Positions 5,861 through 8,414 of a stretch of 8,414 nt of DNA are shown here, in pieces. How positions within the stretch are numbered: position 1 is the first letter of the stretch; each line of letters begins with the position of its first letter. The position numbers were made by a program, and so were the translations under genes. The DNA comes from Neisseriaceae bacterium (GTDB taxonomy: Bacteria; Pseudomonadota; Gammaproteobacteria; Burkholderiales; UBA11063), in contig CANFGS010000042.1 of assembly GCA_947446595.1 (NCBI GenBank), positions 1-8,414 of the forward strand, written 5' to 3'. The notes below the pieces were generated by a model. The model made no database searches and was not told the origin of the DNA. It worked only from the letters and a program-made list of their open reading frames with translations.

Positions 5861-7000
5861 TTGGCTGCACTCGTAAGCGTGACAGCGTTCGCACAAACAT
5901 CTGTAAAACTGTTGGGAAACATTGACGCTGGATATCAATCCAACGATTACAAAGGAAACAAGATTTCCGGTATCAACAACAACGGCTCTGCTACTTCACA
6001 AATCGACATTGAAGTTATTGAAGATTTGGGCGGCGGTTTGAAAGCTAAAGTTTGGTTGGAATCAGACATCAACCCAGTTGCTGCTCAAGCTAACACTGGT
6101 TATGCCTCAAGTATCAAATCAGGTACTGACGCAGGCGGCGGTACTTGGTTGAACTCTGAGCAAAAAGTTGGCTTGGCTGGCAATTTTGGTGAAGTTGCTG
6201 TTGGTGTTGTCAACAACAAAACATTAGCTGCCAACGGTACAGGTCAACCTTTTGGTACTGCCATTGGTTCTGGCTACGGTAGCATCATCAAGGCTTCTGC
6301 TGGCGTTGCTGCAAGCACTGCTTCAGTTGTTCGCTTTGACAACTCTGTTCGTTACGACACACCCGTTGTTAATGGCTTCTCTGGTTCGGTTTACTACGTG
6401 GCAAAACAAGCTGTCAGTAACGGCAAAGCTAACTACAGCACAACATTGGGCGCGTTCAGCAAGGCTGGTATCAATGAATATTCAGTAAACTACTCAAACG
6501 GTCCAGTGAATGCAACCTATGTCATTCAACAAGCTGATTACAACGGCGTAGTGACTCCTGGTGCTGTTGACTACAACACAGCAACTGCTGGTGTACCTAC
6601 TGCTGTCGCTGGAACAGCTTTGACAACAAAGTCTTCTTTGAAGACTCTGTCTGCTAGCTACGCTTGGAACGCATTTACCTTTGGTGCGACAACTCAATCA
6701 TTGAAAGATGATGCATCTACAAATGCAGTTAACACCAAAGCCACCTTGGGTAGTGTTAAGTACACAATGGGCGCAACAATGCTCGGCCTAACATCAGGTT
6801 CTTTGACAAACAGTGTTACCAACACAAAGTCAACATTCTTGGGTTACGGTGCTCAGTATCAATTGAGCAAAACGACAAAAGTCTACGCTCAGTTTGAAAC
6901 TCTGAATGACGACGGCGGTACAGTAGCAGCAGTTACTGGTTACACCGAAGTTGGTACAAAGCGTACTCGCTCAGGTTTAGGTGTTAACGTCGCCTTCTAA
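5861..7000 (+). CDS. Outer-membrane general-diffusion porin (Gram-negative porin family); the 5' end appears incomplete
   Basis: It has a signal-peptide C-region ...ALVSVTAFA|QTS and a mature N-terminus SVKLLGNIDAGY. It has a G/N/T/S/Y-rich beta-barrel composition and a C-terminal ...GLGVNVAF with terminal Phe. Codon usage looks like a highly expressed gene (GGT/GCT/ACT). The only in-frame start after the TAG at 5819-5821 is TTG 5861, which has no SD. Confidence 0.85.
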   Translation: MAALVSVTAFAQTSVKLLGNIDAGYQSNDYKGNKISGINNNGSATSQIDIEVIEDLGGGLKAKVWLESDINPVAAQANTGYASSIKSGTDAGGGTWLNSEQKVGLAGNFGEVAVGVVNNKTLAANGTGQPFGTAIGSGYGSIIKASAGVAASTASVVRFDNSVRYDTPVVNGFSGSVYYVAKQAVSNGKANYSTTLGAFSKAGINEYSVNYSNGPVNATYVIQQADYNGVVTPGAVDYNTATAGVPTAVAGTALTTKSSLKTLSASYAWNAFTFGATTQSLKDDASTNAVNTKATLGSVKYTMGATMLGLTSGSLTNSVTNTKSTFLGYGAQYQLSKTTKVYAQFETLNDDGGTVAAVTGYTEVGTKRTRSGLGVNVAF

Positions 7001-7080
7001 TCCCCGCGCTGGCTAAACCAGTTAAGGATTTAGAAAACCTTGAAACCCCATTGCTCGCAAGAGTGGTGGGGTTTTTTAAT
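6994..7080 (+). repeat. Copy B of the porin post-stop element (last two codons, small hairpin, terminator)
   Basis: By hand alignment about 80 of 88 positions are identical to the reverse complement of 7629-7716. Its 3' half matches 1-47. Confidence 0.9.
7043..7077 (+). terminator. Rho-independent terminator of the porin gene
   Basis: The stem is ccccattgctc / gagtggtgggg with a GCAA loop, followed by TTTTTT at 7072-7077. Confidence 0.85.
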
Positions 7081-7101
7081 TGTGGGGTGGTGTTTGCTGT
7101 T

Positions 7102-7539
7102 GTGAAAGAAAGGATAACGATTGTTGGCACTATTTATGGCTTTTCCGATGCTAAGGCTATAAACGAAATTTATTGCGACACACATTGCTCCCAATACCCA
7201 ACGGTGCGCCCTTTGACAAAAATTCGTACACAAATTGAATTGGATGATGGCACAGAGGTTTGGGTCGATGGTGTTCCAAAATTTTGCGATGAAGACGACA
7301 TCCTAGATATTGAAACTGAAGAAGTTGATCTTGACAGCCTGTGTGCAGACATCTCGCAAGCGATTAATTCTGGTTGGATTGAAATTGGCTTAATAGCCAA
7401 TGAGAAGCTTAGATATGCTTATTACCAAACGCTGAAAATCTATTCCAATGGACAAGGCGTAAGAACATACGCCTTGACTGGACAGCAATTCCCGCAAGGA
7501 GTTACAACTGAATTCACTAAGTTGTTTCAGTCTATTTGA
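7102..7539 (+). CDS. Hypothetical small acidic protein; the start is uncertain (GTG 7102 proposed)
   Basis: The ORF is open from 7051, but 7051-7080 is terminator repeat. The frame has no ATG codon at all. The AT-rich codon usage differs from the island. A clean terminator follows, and I recognise no family. Confidence 0.5.
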   Translation: MKERITIVGTIYGFSDAKAINEIYCDTHCSQYPTVRPLTKIRTQIELDDGTEVWVDGVPKFCDEDDILDIETEEVDLDSLCADISQAINSGWIEIGLIANEKLRYAYYQTLKIYSNGQGVRTYALTGQQFPQGVTTEFTKLFQSI

Positions 7540-7558
7540 CAGTCTTTTATTAATTTTT

Positions 7559-7582
7559 AACCCGCCTTAGTGCGGGTTTTTT
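7559..7582 (+). terminator. Rho-independent terminator of the 7102-7539 ORF
   Basis: The stem is aacccgc / gcgggtt with a cttagt loop. The T-run is at 7577-7582. Confidence 0.8.
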
Positions 7583-7594
7583 ATTGCCTATATC

Positions 7595-7611
7595 TGTCGT
7601 GTAACACGACA
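7595..7611. other. Perfect 8-bp-arm palindrome TGTCGTGT-A-ACACGACA
   Basis: Read directly from the sequence. It lies between two convergent terminators, and its function is unknown. Confidence 0.35.
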
Positions 7612-7628
7612 CCACAAACTACTCGCCC

Positions 7629-7716
7629 ATTAAAAAACCCCACCACTCTTGCGAGCATTGGGGTTTAAAGGTTTTCTAAATCCTCTAACTGGCTAAGCCA
7701 GCAGGGGGATTAGAAG
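7629..7716 (-). repeat. Copy C of the porin post-stop element, inverted
   Basis: The reverse complement is cttctaatccccctgctggcttagccagttagaggatttagaaaacctttaaaccccaatgctcgcaagagtggtggggttttttaat. This aligns with 6994-7080. Confidence 0.9.
7632..7666 (-). terminator. Rho-independent terminator (minus strand) behind the porin remnant
   Basis: It is the same hairpin as copies A and B, with one A.G mismatch in the stem. On the minus strand a T6 run follows (plus-strand A6 at 7632-7637). Confidence 0.7.
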
Positions 7717-7817
7717 TTCTTGCGCAAAGCAATAGAAGTGATCTTCTGTGTCTCGCCCAACATGTTGACCATCTGACCGCCGTAGGCGTTGTTGCCTTGA
7801 TAGAACATGCCATAGCT
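7710..7817 (-). pseudogene. Porin gene remnant: the last ~35 codons plus the stop
   Basis: The minus-strand translation is ...SYGMFYQGNNAYGGQMVNMLGETQKITSIALRKNF*. This aligns with the final strands of the intact porin (Y..F...N..GG ... L/G..x.F). A near-identical porin 3' UTR follows. The rest of the 84-aa ORF (7710-7964) is antisense to the integrase fragment. Confidence 0.75.
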
Positions 7818-8414
7818 AGCACATTTACCGATTGGCAGAAAGATAAACGTATTTGGATCAAAAGCAACTACCACCAAATGCCCTACGAAATGACAAGCTT
7901 GATTCGGTTCATGGTGTACACCTTTGTTCGGCCAGGTGATATTCGTCAAATTCAAAACAAACACATAGAAATCATCAAAGGCCAGTACAACTATTTACGG
8001 TTAAACCTGCCAGAGGTAAAGCGGCACAAGGCTGCGACCGTTAGCTTGCCACCAGCAGTCAATATTTACAAGCATCTAATGGCTTATCAAACGTCGCGCG
8101 GCTATGGCAAACCAGATGACTATGTGTTCTTTCCAGAAGAAAAAAACCGCCGTTTGATGCTCGACATCATCGGTTGGTTGTTCAATTGGATATTGAAAGA
8201 TTTAGATTTCAAATTAGGGCCACATGGTGTCGAGCGCACTTTGTATAGCTTGCGTCACACGGCTATTACTTTTAGGTTGATTTATGGTGGCAATATCGAT
8301 TTGTTAACCCTTGCCCGAAATGCCCGTACATCGGTGGAGATGATTGAAAAGTTTTATGCCAGTACCTTGTCTGCGGAGATGAATATTGCACTTTTACATG
8401 GTAAACGCCGCTAA
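7797..8414 (+). pseudogene. 5'-truncated paralog of the 438-aa integrase (catalytic domain only); its stop codon is the last triplet of the window
   Basis: From about nt 7866 the translation aligns with residues ~256-438 of the 4278-5594 product. By hand count 89 of 168 residues are identical from FMV onward, including FVRPGD, LYSLRHTAITF and TLARNARTSVEMI..FY. The N-terminal ~250 codons are absent. The ORF opens only with a TTG at 7797, and no SD is present. Confidence 0.7.
7817..7855 (-). repeat. Conserved leader at the integrase/porin junction (module 2)
   Basis: See 5808-5849. In both copies GGY AAA TGT GCW (G-K-C-A) is in the porin reading frame. Confidence 0.45.

Noticed and set aside
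5842-5925. The ATG at 5842 as the porin start codon.
   Set aside because: It is out of frame with the porin and gives MCNPRCIGCTRKRD... ending at a TGA after 27 codons. It would only work if one base of the CCC run were a sequencing error. Even then the signal peptide would lack a charged n-region, and the SD spacing is ~3 nt.
4278-7716. Integron-like reading: an integrase divergent from promoterless cassettes, each followed by a hairpin-containing repeat (attC-like).
   Set aside because: The integrase is 438 aa with a long N-terminal domain and shows no sign of the IntI architecture. One repeat copy lies on the other side of the integrase and one is inverted. The repeats are ordinary GNRA-loop terminators with T-runs attached to porin stop codons.
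5673-7867. The ORFs 5673-5900 (-), 6252-6488 (+), 6494-6697 (-), 7030-7233 (-), 7170-7400 (-) and 7685-7867 (-).
   Set aside because: They overlap the porin, the orphan ORF, the terminator repeats or the intergenic leader. They have implausible composition and no translation signals.
1-8414. tRNA or tmRNA genes as integration targets next to the integrases, and CRISPR arrays or IS elements.
   Set aside because: I found no T-loop/acceptor-like sequence, no regularly spaced direct repeats and no transposase-like ORF or terminal inverted repeats on either strand by eye. A tRNAscan or Infernal run would be needed to confirm absence.

Overview
This 8.4-kb window looks like accessory DNA from a Gram-negative genome. 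The porin type and an H-NS-like gene suggest a betaproteobacterium, but that is inference only. No rRNA, tRNA or CRISPR array was seen.

- **Left part (about 57-5850):** this reads like part of an integrative island.
  - It has a distinctive GCA/TGC/GTG/CAC-rich composition.
  - It carries a truncated H-NS-like gene and several hypothetical genes.
  - It carries a 190-aa catalytic-core-only tyrosine recombinase. That gene sits next to an ~815-bp ORF-poor stretch full of hairpins and 11-bp-phased iterons.
  - It carries a 438-aa tyrosine integrase.
- **Porin gene (5861-7000):** the integrase diverges from a general-diffusion porin gene. That ORF has no ATG or GTG start, no RBS and no charged signal-peptide n-region.
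- **Right part:** a small orphan ORF with its own terminator comes next. It is followed by a decayed, mirror-image copy of the same integrase-porin module. In that copy a 35-codon porin 3' remnant (minus strand) joins a ~40-bp conserved leader, which abuts a 5'-truncated integrase paralog.
- **Repeat:** an ~88-nt post-stop element (a small hairpin plus a GNRA-loop terminator) occurs three times, at 1-56, 6994-7080 and inverted at 7629-7716.

Main hypothesis (inference): a family of integrase-bearing islands inserts at the 5' end of porin genes and decapitates them, and may swap in a different porin.
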